Made by a program: the position numbers and the translations under genes | Assembly: GCF_036971445.1 (NCBI RefSeq) | Contig: NC_091478.1 | Span: 36,394,001 to 36,458,000, forward strand | DNA: 64,000 nucleotides | Direction: 5' to 3' | From: Narcine bancroftii | Lineage: Eukaryota | In this document: positions 1 through 13,037 of the stretch, one piece after another | Numbering within the stretch: position 1 is the first letter of the stretch | Layout: each line of letters begins with the position of its first letter | Notes under the pieces: model-generated | Database searches by the model: none | What the model saw: the letters and a program-made list of their open reading frames with translations, nothing else | Told to the model about the DNA's origin: nothing

Positions 1-589
1 AATAGCTTAAATTAATTTAAAGTAGAATTTCCATTTGTATCCTAGTTTGTGTTTTGAAACCCAGATTTTAAGGAGTATGTGCCCATTGCAAATTTTATGG
101 TCATAGACTGGTGGGGTCTGGAGCTTCGGTCAATTAGTGAACCAGGTGCAAGTATTGATGGAAAAGGTGAAAGTAACATGGTTTCACCTGTATTTATCAT
201 CTTCTCAATGCTATAAATGAGTTGAACGTTGAATTTCAACCAAACATTAACTTTATTCACACCCAATAAAATAAATACAAAAGGAAAACTGTTCAGGGTT
301 CTGTATCCATAAATTTCCATCACTGTACTGTTCACTTCTGTTCATACCATTACTAGTACCATCACTGTGGCAGCATCTAACCACACGCAAGCTGCTGACA
401 ATAAGACTTTGCCATCAACAACCCAGTTCCAATTTAAAAACATGCTGCAAAGTCTCTCTCTTTCTCACACAATCTACATTCTGTGTATCAACATAATTTG
501 AAATAGACTATATGCTCCTCTTACAGAACAAATGCAGACAAACGCAAAAATCATTCAAATCAACATTTTGCGTAATAATTATGAAAGCC

Positions 590-1667
590 AAGGCTGGCAT
601 CATAAAGCAAAATGAACTCCCCCCACCCCCCTCCCCTGACATGCTATCAAAAGCTTCTGTCTTCCCACCAAAAATCCGATGACAAAGGAAACATAATACC
701 TGTTCTTTTGTAGTTCTGTGTTGACAAATGTTGAAATTTTCCTTTCCAGTACTGACGAGCATCTCCTGCCCCTTCCACAATGTGTAGCAAGAGATAAGCT
801 CCTTTGAGGATTTATGTTCATGAAATCCCCAATCTCTCTCCATAGCATTTTTCCAGTTACGAAAGCCTACATTCACAAAGACATCCAGTGTCTGAGTGGT
901 GTTAGAACGGTGACAGCAAAAACAAAATGCTGCATCGACCTTGACACTGTATTCAAGCAAGTTTCATTGTGATACCAAGTGGAGACAAATGAACGCTTCC
1001 TACCACTGAAAATGCTGGCAGGATACTCCCATAAGACGACCTGGTTGGGCTCGTCAATCCCGAGGTCATCTATGGTTAAGGAATATCTTCCACAGCTGGC
1101 AATTACTTCATTGTCAAGGCTGCTGCTCACAGAAGGACTTGGAGCCTCTGGCTTTGTAAAGTGGCTGTGCTGGGTGCTGGTGGAGCCGTAGGAGGCCTTG
1201 AAGAAACAGATACATCCAGCTGTCTCCTTATACCCATTTCCACTGATTTCTATTGTGTACGTTTCTTTAATAATTGATTTGCCAGGGAGGAATGGTAAGC
1301 ACACTTTCCTCAGGTTTAAATGTGGCACCACGGTGTGATGTCATGTGTTCATGTGCATTGCATGCATTACAATACAACTTTCCTTCTGATGTCATGAGCA
1401 TAAATATTTTTCCTTTCCTATTTCTGTTTGTATTTAAATTCATAGAGGACAGATGAGTTTTAATATTAAAAATATAGTTCAATGAAAAATGTTTTGTCCA
1501 CTTTGTGCTAAAGGCTTGGCCTGCGGGTGAATGTGTCACCGTGTGAGGTTGGGCGCGGGCGCAAGACCTTGGTTGAGGAATTACTGAGTATATGGGCACA
1601 GCACCTTGCAGGAAGGGGCCATGCCCATGAATGTCACCCCCCCCCCCCCCAATGCAGACTGTGCAAC
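590..1667 (-). mobile_element. Decayed hAT-family DNA transposon (TTF zinc-finger / ZMYM1-like transposase N-terminus)
   Basis: Frameshifted ORFs 873-1331 and 508-960 give GRKRSFVSTWY...LEYSVKVDAAFCFCC...GFRNWKNA...FHEHKSSKE, a TTF-type zinc finger. A CAG start with a G-run lies near 1667. Confidence 0.75.
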
Positions 1668-1679
1668 TGGCAGCCAACC

Positions 1680-1985
1680 AGATCTGCTTCCTACCAATCA
1701 GCCAATGCTTTACCCATGCTAGTATATTTCCTGTTCTACCATGGGCTCTTATCTTGTTAAGTAGTATTGTGTGTGGCACCTTGTCAAAAGCCTCTTGAAA
1801 ATCCAAATACACAACATCCACTGCTCCTCCTTAATCCAGCCTACTTGCCATTTCTTCAAAGGATACCAATAGGTTTGTTAAGCAAGATTTTCCCTTAAGG
1901 AAGCCATGCTGGTTTTGATCTTGTCATGTGCCTCCCAGAACTCCATATCTTCATCCTTGTCAATCACCTCCAAAATTTTCCAATC
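1680..1985 (-). mobile_element. CR1 LINE reverse-transcriptase fragment
   Basis: DVVYLDFQEAFDKVPH..LLNKIRAHG..GNILAWVKHWL.GRKQ. Confidence 0.88.
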
Positions 1986-2297
1986 CTTTTTAAGGAAGAC
2001 GCAATGTAAAGTCAAATTTTTTGGCTCCGAATATTTTGGATGAATTGGGTTCAAGGGTTGAGGAGGTGCAATAAAGAGCACACAGCTGGTTTCAGGACTC
2101 CAGTAGCAGGTTTGTGGTCAGGAGAAGCAACTGCATCAGAGGAGATGGCATGATACTCAATCATCTGCTGTCTCTGAAGGGACTTTACAATTTAATTTTT
2201 AATTCTTAATGTTAGGTATACAGCACAGTCTTGGACTCTTCTGTCCCATGAGCTCATGCCACCCAAATACACCTAATTAACCTATCAATTCCACATG

Positions 2298-2298
<1 letters not shown>

Positions 2299-2335
<37 letters not shown>
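2299..2335. repeat. (CA)n microsatellite, about 18 units
   Basis: Seen directly. Confidence 0.97.
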
Positions 2336-2337
<2 letters not shown>

Positions 2338-2859
2338 TCATTTTCCCCATACCACACTGTGATGGTACACCTGTAGACGTTGTTGAGTGACAGATGGGCA
2401 TGTCTTAATCTTCCCATTGATATGCGATTCCGAAGAACTTGAAGCTATCCATGCTTTTGAATTCTGCATAATGTGAATGGGGAAATTCAACTCGGCCCTC
2501 ACTCTCGAAGTCATTAACAATCTTCTTTGTCTTATTGATGTTGATAGATAGTAGAGCTGCACTGTGGCAACCTTTTTTGAATGTCAGATCCACATATCTC
2601 GGAGCACATAACAATGAAAAATAAATCTAATCTCAATAAATCTGAATCTAATTGCAAGAATACTTTGTGGGAATGAGAGAGGATGAAGGCTGAGTATGAT
2701 GGAGGCAAATGTTGCCAAGTGAAAGTGTATCTGATCTGAGGGAGATCTTTAAAGAGGAAATGCTTCAAGTGTGGAATGTTTATTTCATGGAAGAGGAAAC
2801 GAGGGAGGGAATTAAAACTGCACGAGAGATGGGGAATAGGATGGTGACTGTGTGTGTGT

Positions 2860-3150
2860 TAATTCAAAGTTTAAATTTATTGTGAAAGTCCATACATGAC
2901 ATCACATACAATCCTGAAATTCTTTTTATTTATTTATTTATGATAGTGTAAACTGTACTTAAGAAAAAGATACGTATACAAACATGTAAACATAGAAATG
3001 TAAACAAATGGACTGTGCACATACTGAAAAAAATAAATATCCTGTATTCAGTAGTAAATAATGTGCAAAGTTAGAGTCCTTAAATGAGTCTTTGATTGAG
3101 TTTGTTGTTGAGGGGTCTGATGGCACAGTTCTTGAACCCGGTTTTGCGAG
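2860..3150 (-). mobile_element. 3' end of Rex/Babar-like LINE
   Basis: Reverse complement resembles the 3' ends at 22650-23002 and 36773-37030 (agagtccttaaatgagtc..gattgagtttgttgttgagg.gtctgat). Confidence 0.6.
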
Positions 3151-3641
3151 CCCTGTGTTAGCTGAATGATAATTCAAGTGAGAACATGGCTGTGATCTGA
3201 CCTTAAGATTTATCAATTTCACATCTCAGAGGGAAGGTGAATGAGCAAAGAATATGCAAGTAGAAGAGGCAATTAACGTAGCAGGAAATCCAAAAATCAG
3301 AGTAAAATTTCCCCTGGTGAAGATGGGTGGCAGGAGAATTAGGGCGGAGTTGATGAGGATGTGTGAGAGAAGAGATTTCAGGGAATTAAGTAGGGGGATG
3401 GGACTGATGGAAATGTTCTGAGCCAGTATAGACTGTATTGGCTGAGTGGGATCCTACTATATTGTTAGGAAAATGGAAAACTGTAGGAAATATGAGATTG
3501 CAAAAGGGCTTACCAATATTGTTCAATCCTCACTGGATTCTTGGGAACCTCTAGAAGGCAGTACAATGGTAAATGCCACATGATTATTCAAGAAGGGAAT
3601 CAAGGGCATGTCAAACACATTAGCCCCTTTCACCCTTGCGG

Positions 3642-4622
3642 GAATTAATGGCCAATTGGCCATAAAGGAGCTAATGTGAAAGGAAAATCTTCTCAACGCT
3701 GCCGTGAGATGACATTGTCTCACACCGGGGATACGCTGCCTTAACCCCTAGTAAAATTGCCAGCATCTGCAGACACTGGTGTGGCAATTAGGCAAGGATA
3801 GAATGGGCAATTGCATTCTGGGAAAGAAATTACCCAAATTTTGTGCGAGTGCAGGAACGTGAAAGAAGAAAAGATTAAAGTGAAAGTATAAACTTTGCCA
3901 TGGGAAGTTGAAGCGAGCGAGAGAGAGAGAGTGAGAGAGGAAATAAATTGCAATAGCGGACTATTTTTGAACACCAAGAAAAAAATGGTAGCGCTATAGA
4001 GCAAAATTTATAAAGATATTAGGAAAATCAATGGTGGACTTGACTTCCCAGAATGCAGTGTGACAAAGAAACCCCCTCCATGAATGGTCTGTGCATTCAG
4101 CTAACATGGAATTCTGGGAGGGCAGATCCTCCATCACTTTTTTTCCCCCCATGGTATTTATAAATGTACACGATTGTAGTACCAACTTTCCCATGCTATA
4201 TAAATTGAGCGCTATAGCGCTACCAACCTTCCTACCCTGTTTAAAAATTTGTCCCCTATTGCTATTTATTGCTAGCACTTTCCCACAGTCCCTTATAGAG
4301 GTTTATATAGGTCAGGACAACTGAAGGGCTCATACTGTGCTGGACATAAAGCTTAATTATGTTATAATTAGGCATGATTAATTTTGTTCAAATATAAGAT
4401 CACAACACATTGATCAGTATTTAGGGCAGGTCCACCATCGCGCGATGCGTCATGACGTCACTGGTAGAAAGTAGAACAGTCCTAACCCCGGGGATGGCTC
4501 CTTGCAAGTGTGAAAGGGTTCAGTGTCCAGTTAGGAGTGGTCAAGTGTGAAAAGCCAAACCCCCATTCCCATCCCGGGTCACTGTATGGCCAATTTAGTG
4601 GGATGCAAGTGTAAAAAGGGCT
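3642..4622. mobile_element. Non-autonomous PIF/Harbinger-like DNA element (about 980 bp)
   Basis: Terminal inverted repeats AGCCCCTTTCACCCTTGC and GCAAGTGTAAAAAGGGCT; TTA/TAA context at the ends; subterminal CAAGTGTGAAA motif repeated near 4505, 4542 and 4606. Confidence 0.65.
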
Positions 4623-5084
4623 AAAGAATACAAAGTGATCTCAAATAGAAAGGGAGTTCAAACATGCCTTCAACTGTCATGTATGAAGTTGACCCACAAC
4701 AGAAATTGTTATAGTGTGTACAATGTGACTTTAATTCATTAACTATTTATGAATAAAACCTGGAAAGTCTTGCACTATTTTCTATCTACTTTATGTATTT
4801 GGATTGCATTTGTTTTATAGTTTTTGCCTGTTATTTTTTATTTAATGTACCTGTCAAATGTAGCAAGTAAGAATTTTAGTCCAGATGTACATTGTACAAT
4901 CTATATGACAGCAAACTCATCATTATCACACAAGGCTCACTGAAAATTTGAAGAAGTCATCTGCAGAATGTCCTAATGTTGGGGCAAATGGGACTTTCAA
5001 GATTGGATCAATATTTGTTGCAGCATCAAAGAAATTTGAAGAACCGACATTGAATTTTAAATTGAAATTAAGTTTTAAAAAATT

Positions 5085-5303
5085 TAAAATGCAGACATTC
5101 AGCATAGTAACTGACCCTTCCGGCTAACGAGGCCAAATATCCCAACCTACAAACCCTGTACGTATTGAGGGTGGGGTGGGGGGAGGGAACTGGAGCGCAC
5201 AGAGGAAACCCATGCAGACGTGGGGAGAATGTACAAACTCCTTATCATGCTGCTGGTGTTGTAATAGCATTGTACTAACTATTATGCTATCCATGCCACC
5301 CCA
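5085..5303 (-). mobile_element. tRNA-derived V-SINE (HE1-like)
   Basis: Reverse complement of the V-domain: ggaaacccatgcagacgtggggagaatgtacaaactcc. Confidence 0.8.
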
Positions 5304-5489
5304 ATGAGATGCAGATTGGACAAGATCTCAGTGAGCCAGTGGAGAATGGCTGAAATTTTGCCTCTTCTAGAGTTCTGCATTATATCGTGCACAACTCCTG
5401 GAGTGACTTGCTAATGCATGAAAGGCAGATTTCTTCCAATGTATGAACATTCCACTTGTCAGAGTGTTCAATCTTCCAAATGATTACAT

Positions 5490-5765
5490 TAGGAGAAAGG
5501 GTGTTATCTTCTGTATCTTTTCAGAGGGAAGATATTTAAGAAGGACCTGATTTCACTCAGAAGGTAGTCTGTATGAACAAGTTGCCAGAGGATGCTATAA
5601 ATGTGGTTACAGTCAATGTTCAAAAGATATTGAGAGGGATGTATGGATAGGAAAGGTTTAAAGAGATGTGAACCAAATGCTGTCAAATGGGCAAGCCCAC
5701 AATTCCATCTGGGGTGGCATCGACATGTTGGGTCATAGGACTTTTTAGTATCGAATGACTCTATA
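5490..5765 (+). mobile_element. CR1 LINE 3' end
   Basis: tttcactcagaaggtagt..tgaacaagttgccagagg..gtatggataggaaaggttta and a gactctat tail. Confidence 0.65.
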
Positions 5766-5889
5766 ATTGTGCCCTTCCATAGTTGACCTCACCAATCTCT
5801 TGAACATCTGGTTTCATTCCTTCTGGCCAAACCAAAGATTGGATTTACACTTTCTTCATTTTCCACCCCACCTGCCTCTCGATTCAATG

Positions 5890-6440
5890 GATTACCCTTT
5901 CTAATTTTGGCTACTTTCAGACATATTTTCTCCTCCCTTCCCACCAAACATTCCAAAGGGACCTTCCCCTTCGTGACTCACTGGTTCATGCTTTCATCTT
6001 CATTAATCATTCTCCTTCTCCCAGCCATTTCTACACGTTTAGCTGACCCAAAACCTACTTAAAAAAAAAAATCTTGCTCCTTTCCCACTATTCAGGGATC
6101 CAAAAACTCCTTCCAGGTGAACCAGAGTCTGGTCCGGAGAAATGGTGTTTCATCTGATTGTATATGTTCAACAGTCAGATGGTAATTAACTTGTGCTTTA
6201 CTACTCTGGTACATTTTATTTGAGGTCATGGTAATAGTTTCCTCTACATTGGAGATTAAATGATCGCTTTACAGAACACTCTACTTAGCCTGCTGGGTAG
6301 AGGTTCCACTGTGTGACACTTTAATTCCATATTTCTCTCCTGTTCCAATTGACCTACATTGTTCCAATGAAGCCCAAAATAATTTAAGAGCACCACATCT
6401 TCTATCTGGGAAAGTTACAGCTCTTAGGACTCAATATGTG
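5890..6440 (+). mobile_element. Decayed Penelope-like element (linker / GIY-YIG region)
   Basis: tccttccaggtga.., cctctacattggaga (LYIGE), cgctttacagaaca (RF.EH); homologous to 45810-46645. Confidence 0.6.
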
Positions 6441-6689
6441 GTAAGGTGGTAGGTTTGTCATTTGCACTCAGTTTTTCTCACTGCAAGAACACTGCCTGAT
6501 CTGCTGGGCATTTTCAGCATTTTGCAGGTTTCAGTGACTGTTCTGAATGCATTTCACAGATGTAATATCTCTCTCCATTGTTTATGGGCCCTCTTTAGCA
6601 GTTCTTGTTCAGCTATTAAATAGATGACTCCATAAACATTGTAAACATCTGGCAATTCTAGCCTCCTCTCAGAGGTACTGTTGTAAAAC

Positions 6690-7200
6690 ACTCTAATTCC
6701 TCTGCAATCTCCTTGTCTCCCATTATTATTTCTCCAGCATAATTTTCTAATAGTCCCATATCTAATCTCACCTCTCTTTCACTCTTTATGTCGTTGAAGA
6801 AGCTTTTTGTATCCTATGTGATATTATTTGCTAGCCTACTTTCATATTTCATCTTTTTCCTCCTTATATTTAGTCACCTTCTGCAAGTTTTTCCAAACTT
6901 TCCAATCCTCTGTCTTCCCTCTAATTTTTGTTTCCTTGTGTGCCCTCTCTTTTGCTTTTACGTTGGCTTTGACTTTCCTTGTCGGACTCATTTCTTTCCC
7001 ATTTGAATATTTTCTCTTTTATGGTGTGTATTTATCCTCCACCTTCCTCATTTCTTGCAGAAACTCACTCATTGCTGCTCTGCCGTCCTCCCTTCTAGTG
7101 CATCCTTCCAATCTACTTACGCCAGTTCCTCTCTCATGCCATTTTAATTCCCTCTCCTCCACTGAAATATCAACACATCTGATTTTCTCTTTGTTAAATC
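6690..7200 (-). mobile_element. CR1 LINE ORF2 fragment (region between endonuclease and RT)
   Basis: tttgtatcc..tattatttgctagcctactttcatatttc, the reverse complement of EYESRLANNI..DTKSFF. Confidence 0.7.
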
Positions 7201-7344
7201 CATCAATGGGCTGTAAAGTTGACAATCAAGAAAAAAAATCTGTGGGGTTCACGGTGCGCCTCAAACCTGTGGGGAACTGCTAAAAGTAATTTAATCGATA
7301 CTGAAATTTACGAATTACTTTTCTGTTTGATCTTAATTAAAAAA

Positions 7345-7482
7345 AATTAGACATACGGTACGGTAACAGGCCATTGGGGAGAACGTACAAACTCCTTATA
7401 GACAGCATGGGATTTGAACTCCGGTCCAGATCACTCAAGCTGTAAAGGCGTTGCTCTAACTGCTACACTGACCATGCTGCCC
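7345..7482 (-). mobile_element. V-SINE, internally deleted
   Basis: ggggagaacgtacaaactccttatagacagc..ggatttgaactcc (B-box). Confidence 0.75.
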
Positions 7483-7539
7483 TTTCCATAATCCTCTGTA
7501 GCAGCTCTCCACTGAAAATTTCATGTCATTCCATGGGAA

Positions 7540-7770
7540 TGAGAGCCATAGTTACACACAGCATGGAAGCAGACCCCTTTGACTCTCCAAGTACTTAGCA
7601 GTTAGGAGTAATATAGGCCTATATGATGAAGTTTTTAATGGATCTCTACCTTCCTTTGGTAGCATTGTAATTATAACAGTGGAAAAAGATTCTGGGAGCA
7701 TCTGGGTCTCCACCGCCCAGTCCAATACATTCATCAGAAGGGGTATCAATAGTCTTTAAATTGTTTTTAA
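7540..7770 (-). mobile_element. L1-clade ORF2 fragment
   Basis: LPESFSTVIITMLPKEGRDPLKTSSYRPILLL. Confidence 0.8.
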
Positions 7771-8039
7771 ATTATTTAATTTTGGAGAAATTTTCTATGT
7801 ATACTTATGGTAAAAAACAAAAATAAAATATTAAAAAGAAGTACTCACAGAATATCAAGTACCCATTTACTAATCCCGTTATATTCTCCCCACGTTCCCC
7901 TCAAATTCTCCAACCCAGGCCTTTGGGGTATGTGAGGAAACTGGAACAGTTGGAGCAAAAGCATGTGACCAAAGGGAGAATGGTAATCCCCATGCAATCA
8001 GTACTGTAGGTCAGAATTGTCCTTGGGTCATTGAGCTCT

Positions 8040-9435
8040 CCTAGTGTTATTAAGAGGGCAGAGTCCACAACCCTGTTCACGTTAATGGTGTGGAATTAAA
8101 AGAGTGGTTAGATTCAAGTTCTTAGGAATAAATAAGCACATCAACGCAATGATCATTGAAGTGCACCAGCGCCTCTACTTTCTCAGAAGACAAAGGAGGA
8201 TGACCATTGCCATCTGTCCCCCAACATCTTCTAAAGGTACACCATTACCATGTGGTATGTGTCGGACTCTGGCTTTACCTTACTCTTAATTTAGTCTATG
8301 TGTGGTCTGAGTCCAGCGTGTTCTTTGAATGAAGTGATAGGAGAAGGTATTCGGTTCAACAGTCAATTTATTACACAGCACAAGAATAAAACTTAACAGA
8401 GCTCTGGGTCAGTCATTAGTTCATAGGTCACCTGCACAGTGAGCTATTCCCCAAGACTGACCCCTATTGTCCAGTTGGCTCAGTTTATATAGATCAACCT
8501 TATCATACAGAACAAAAGTTGGCTTCCTTTGCTAGATCTTTTTGCATAAGGGTTATCTCAAGTCATCTCCTGTTTTGCAGATATCTGGGGTGTAGCGCTC
8601 CCATCTTAATCCTCCAGGCCAGACTATCCTGTTGTTTTAATTCATCCCCAGATATTTCTAATCACCATTCTGTTCCTGTCTGGCCAATTTCTGCTGTTCT
8701 CTTTAACACCTCCTCATGCCTTAATCTTCCTCCTAGAATGGTTTTCCATTCCCTTTGTTTCTTGCAGGCCATTCTTTGTTCTGGTCTGGCCTGTGTCTCC
8801 TGTGCTACTCACCACCTCCTTCAGTTGGAGCATTCCTCCTAAATCGTTTTATGCATTTCCTCTCCCTGTATTTGGGAGCAGACCATTTTGCTCAGCCAAC
8901 TTTGCTGTGATTGCCACTTAATCACATTCCTCTTTTTCCCTGACCCATGCAGTACATATAAACTTATTAATTAATCATTTCTTTCATAATGTTTTAACCC
9001 CTAGATTCCAACATATGGGAGCTGCTCTGCTCAGGTTCAGAAGAAATGACAGAGCATGTGAATGCAGCTCAGAACATCATGAAAACTTCCATCCCCTCCA
9101 TGGACCACATCTACCTCTCCCACTGTAGCCAACGCAGTGAAAGACACATTACACCCCGGGCACACTCACTTCTCCCTCAATCCATTAGCCTTCCCCAATG
9201 GGAGGTTTCCATGAAAGCACTTCTCTGCAGCTTCTTCTCTGCAGCTTTCAGGTTCCTGAATGAAGCCCAAAGCTATCTTGCTGCCCTTGCTTGGTGCTAA
9301 TTGATTCTCCTTTTCATTGTAATTCTATACTTTGTTCTCTACAGCTGTGTGTCATGTTAAAGATAACTTTTAGTCTGTTGGTAGAAGAACCTTTCTCAGT
9401 GTCCTTGGTATTTGGTGAATAATAAACATTTAACA
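8040..9435 (+). mobile_element. Rex/Babar-like LINE 3' fragment, interrupted by a solo LTR
   Basis: VRFKFLGI..HQRLYFLRR..; WYG|SCSAQ reads through the LTR insertion site; AATAAA at the 3' end. Confidence 0.75.
8260..9013 (-). mobile_element. Solo LTR (754 bp) with 4-bp TSD TATG
   Basis: TGTCGGA...TCCAACA termini; TATG at 8256-8259 and 9014-9017; minus-strand TATATAAA (8484-8491) followed by AATAAA (8367-8372). Confidence 0.88.
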
Positions 9436-9899
9436 TTTCCCACTATTTCGCCTCAATAGATAGTGACTCAGATCACAGGAGACTTTTATCTTTGTAATTT
9501 GACCTCGGCAAAGAATTGCCATAAATTTCAGATTTATCACTAGACTGTTATTGTGTTCCACCATGACTCACCGATTGTCTTTGAAGGTTACCTCAGGTTT
9601 CATGTTGAAGTCAATAGGCATTTTCTCTGCTTAATGGCCTTCAGTGATCTATACTACCAAGAGTAATTCTCAATAGTGCATTGATAAAAGTTTCAATTGA
9701 ATAGGATGGATTGTGATGGTTGAGAAATCTTGAATTAGGTTGACTACCATTAGCTTTAGTTGTCCAATCCACCATTTTCATCAAGCATTGGAAGAAGCCT
9801 ACGAGAGTGGTATAATTCTGATTTCCTAATTATGGGTAGGTTGTTAACCTCATTAAAAGTTGTGCAAAGAATAAAGGCAAGGGTAGTTCATTCTCTCCA

Positions 9900-10045
9900 A
9901 TAGATGGAAAAGATCCCGTGGAATTTAACAGAGAGGAGTAGGACTGTTGTCACAATGTCCTGGCTAAGGGTTATCTCTTTCTGTATTTTATTACAATCGA
10001 TAGTCTTGTCATTATTGCATTGTTATTTGTGTAAGCTTACAGAAC
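9900..10045 (+). mobile_element. Old DeuSINE (SacSINE1/AmnSINE-type) fragment
   Basis: gatggaaaagatccc..gtcctggctaa..gtcattattgcattgttatttgtgtaagctt resembles the Deu domain. Confidence 0.5.
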
Positions 10046-10777
10046 TTGCATAAATGTAGGGATACATTATTATTAGTTCTATCTTCAGGTAAGATATTAA
10101 ATTGAGGTCCATAAGACCATGAGACATAGGAGCAGAATTGGGCCATTTAGCCCTGGATGATTTACTATCCTTTTCAATCCTATTTTCTTGGCTTTTCCCT
10201 ATGACCCTTGATTCCTTTCCTAATCAAGGATCTTTCTTCCTCTATCTTAAATATACCCAATGAATCCTGTCCTGTTTGCTTGAAGTACACGAATACTAAT
10301 TGGGTAATCATAATATATTTTGAAAAGTAAATGCTGGTCAGGAGAAAGATAAGGCAGAACATTTGAAAGAATGTCAGGTGGTATTCGTAAAGGTGAAAAC
10401 AGATTCAAGACTTCAGTGGATATGAAAGAACAATCAAGAAATTGTGGAAGGAATGATCCCTTCAGAATATTGAGAGAGAGGGGGGGGGTGTAAGATGGGG
10501 GGAAGGGGGGTAGCTGATGGAGTGAGAGATAAGGAACAGGGGAATCCTTGGAGGATAGGGAATTAGAAATAGGTGAGAAATGGGTGAAGCAACTGGGAAT
10601 TCTGTTAAAGCTGGCAGAAGGGGAAAGCATGATTAAGGGAAAATAAAGACCTTTCAACAATACTGATGTGGAAACTGATAGTCGTAGAGTTGTGTTGCAT
10701 GGGAGCTCCCCTCATCTGTTCCAAGCAAGGTACCTACCTGACGTAGTCCCATGAGTCTGTGTTTGGCTCATATCCCT

Positions 10778-11271
10778 CTCTTCTTTCTTTGGCTTGGCTT
10801 CGCGGATGAAGATTTATGGAGGGGGTAAAAGTCCACGTCAGCTGCAGGCTCGATTGTGGCTGACAAGTCCGATGCGGGACAGGCAGACAAGGTTGCAGCG
10901 GTTGCAGGGGAAAATTGGTTGGTTGGGGTTGGGTGTTGGGTTTTTCCTCCTTTGTCTTTTGTCAGTGAGGTGGGCTCTGCAGTCTTCTTCAAAGGAGGTT
11001 GCTGCCCGCCGAACTGTGAGGCGCCAAGATGCACGGTTTGAGGCGATATCAGCCCACTGGCGGTGGTCAATGTGGCAGGCACCAAGAGATTTCTTTAGGC
11101 AGTCCTTGTACCTCTTCTTTGGTGCACCTCTGTCACGGTGGCCAGTGGAGAGCTCTCCATATAACACGATCTTGGGAAGGCGATGGTCCTCCATTCTGGA
11201 GACGTGACCCACCCAGCGCAGCTGGATCTTCAGCAGCATGGACTCGATGCTGTCGGCCTCTGCCATCTCGA
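10778..11271 (-). mobile_element. RTE-clade LINE (AviRTE-like) 3' end, copy 1
   Basis: ORF 10838-11287 ..QLRWVGHVSRMEDHRLPKIVLYGEL..CNRCNLVCLSRIGLVSHNRACS; 3' end CTTCATCCGCGAAGCCAAGCC plus (AAAG) tail; inserted in a CR1 3' end. Confidence 0.92.
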
Positions 11272-11880
11272 ATCCTTTCCTATTCACGCAGCTCTCAATA
11301 AATGTCTTCTCAACATTATAATTGTACCTCCCTTTATCGCTTTCTCTGGCAGCTTATTCCACATACCTATCACCCTCTGGTAGGGGTAGATGTTACTCCC
11401 AGTAACATCTTTGTGAACACTTTATTGTACCCTTTTCTGTTTAATGACATCCTTCTAATAGCTAGATGACCAGAACTGCATGCAATACTTCAAGAGTCTT
11501 CTCACTAACATCTTGTCCAGTTGTATCATGGCGACCCAATTCTTGCACTTATTGCCTTGATCAATGAACTAAGTGTGTCAAATACTTTCGTTACCACCCT
11601 GTCAACCTGTGTCAGTACTTTCAGGGTAATAATGGTTGTACCCCCTGGTCTCTCTGTTCCACAGTACTCTACAGGGCCCTGCCTTTTTTGGTTTAACTAA
11701 AATGCAAGATTTCACATTTATGGGAAGTTCCATCAGCCATTCCTTTGCTCACTTTCACAATTGATCTTGATCCTGTTGTAATCTTCGATAACTTCGGCCT
11801 CTCTCCTGGTATTACTACTGATTTTAGTGACTTACTTCATCTATATTCACATCCAAATCATTACAGTGGATGATGAGTAA
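11272..11880 (-). mobile_element. CR1 LINE 3' region (continues to about 10680 on the other side of the RTE copy)
   Basis: gaccagaactgcatgcaatac and accaccctgtcaacctgtgtc are CR1 ORF2 C-terminal signatures. Confidence 0.75.
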
Positions 11881-12004
11881 AGTTGCAGATCTATTGATGA
11901 TGGAGAAACTGGAAGAATGGACTAGATTATATCCAGAAAGCAAGGAGGAGATGTAGTTGAAATTGCTGTGGGTGTCAACGGGCTTGCAATAGATTTAAAT
12001 AAGA

Positions 12005-12218
12005 AAGGCTGCAGATGCTGGGATCAAATGCAATTCACAAACATTCTTGAGAAACTCAGTAACCTCCATAAGAAGTATAGGGTAAATAACATTTTGGGCT
12101 TGGACCCATAACAACCATTATACCTTGACAAAAGCCCCAGACCCAAAATGGTGGTTACCCTTTACTATCCATGGATGCTGCATAACCTACTGAGTTTCTC
12201 CAGCACGATTGTGTAATG
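12005..12218. mobile_element. Penelope-derived fold-back element
   Basis: ctgcagatgctgg..gagaaactcag arm versus ctgagtttctccagca arm; central inverted cattttgggcttgg / cccagacccaaaatg. Confidence 0.7.
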
Positions 12219-12479
12219 AAGCTTGAGATGGAGACAGGATTGAAAAGTAAGAGAGGGGAGTATCAAATGTGGACCACGTGATCGTGCAATCAGGGAGTGA
12301 ATTGGCAGCAAGGTACTGAAACTTCTGTATATCTAATACTGTAATCAATGTAGCAGTATAAGATCTGGGGAATGATCCTGAACAGGACTGAAACAGAGAC
12401 ATATCTCATGAAGAAATGGACAGGTTGAGCCCATGTAGATTCACATGGTTCCACAGTCCACCTCAAGAGGGTGAGTGAA

Positions 12480-12692
12480 TTTTTAAATGTAGACATACAG
12501 CACAGTAACAGGCCCATGAGTCCTACAACCCCAGGACGTTTTGAACGGTGGGAGGAAAACGGAGCCTCTGGGGAAAACCCGCACAGACACGAGGAGAACA
12601 TACAAACTCCTTTCAGCGCGGGATTCGAACCCTGGACCCAATTTATGGTACTGTAAAGGTGTTGCGTTAACTGCTACGCCAACTATGTCACC
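12480..12692 (-). mobile_element. V-SINE (relatively young, CpGs retained)
   Basis: ggtgggaggaaaacggagc..gaaaacccgcacagacacgaggagaacatacaaactcc..ggattcgaaccc. Confidence 0.85.
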
Positions 12693-13037
12693 CTGAAAGT
12701 TGAAGAAGTTATTCAATGTCAAAATTAATTCAGTCAGATCACGAAAGAGAATGGTATACAAGATGATCCATATGTATGAAGGAAATTTAAATGGAAGAGA
12801 TCCACATTGTTGAGAGATGATGAGGATGTAAGTGGCAAAGAACTTGACATGAATGGCTAAAATAGAAAGAAATTTCTGTAGGGCAAGCATAAGCTGAACC
12901 ATTGAGACTACCAGTACAGTTCTGCTTGCGACTCCTGGGAAGGAGGTAGGGGTAGAAGCAGGTTGTGTGGGATTGGGCCAGTGTGATTCTTGAAGCTGTG
13001 GAAAGATGACCTGTGGGAGAGAGGAAATGAAACCACT

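Noticed and set aside
10794-11207. Recurrent + strand ORFs (MASRMKIYGGG.., also at 21323, 39436 and 48063) as a gene family
   Set aside because: They are antisense shadows of the RTE ORF and recur only because the repeat does.
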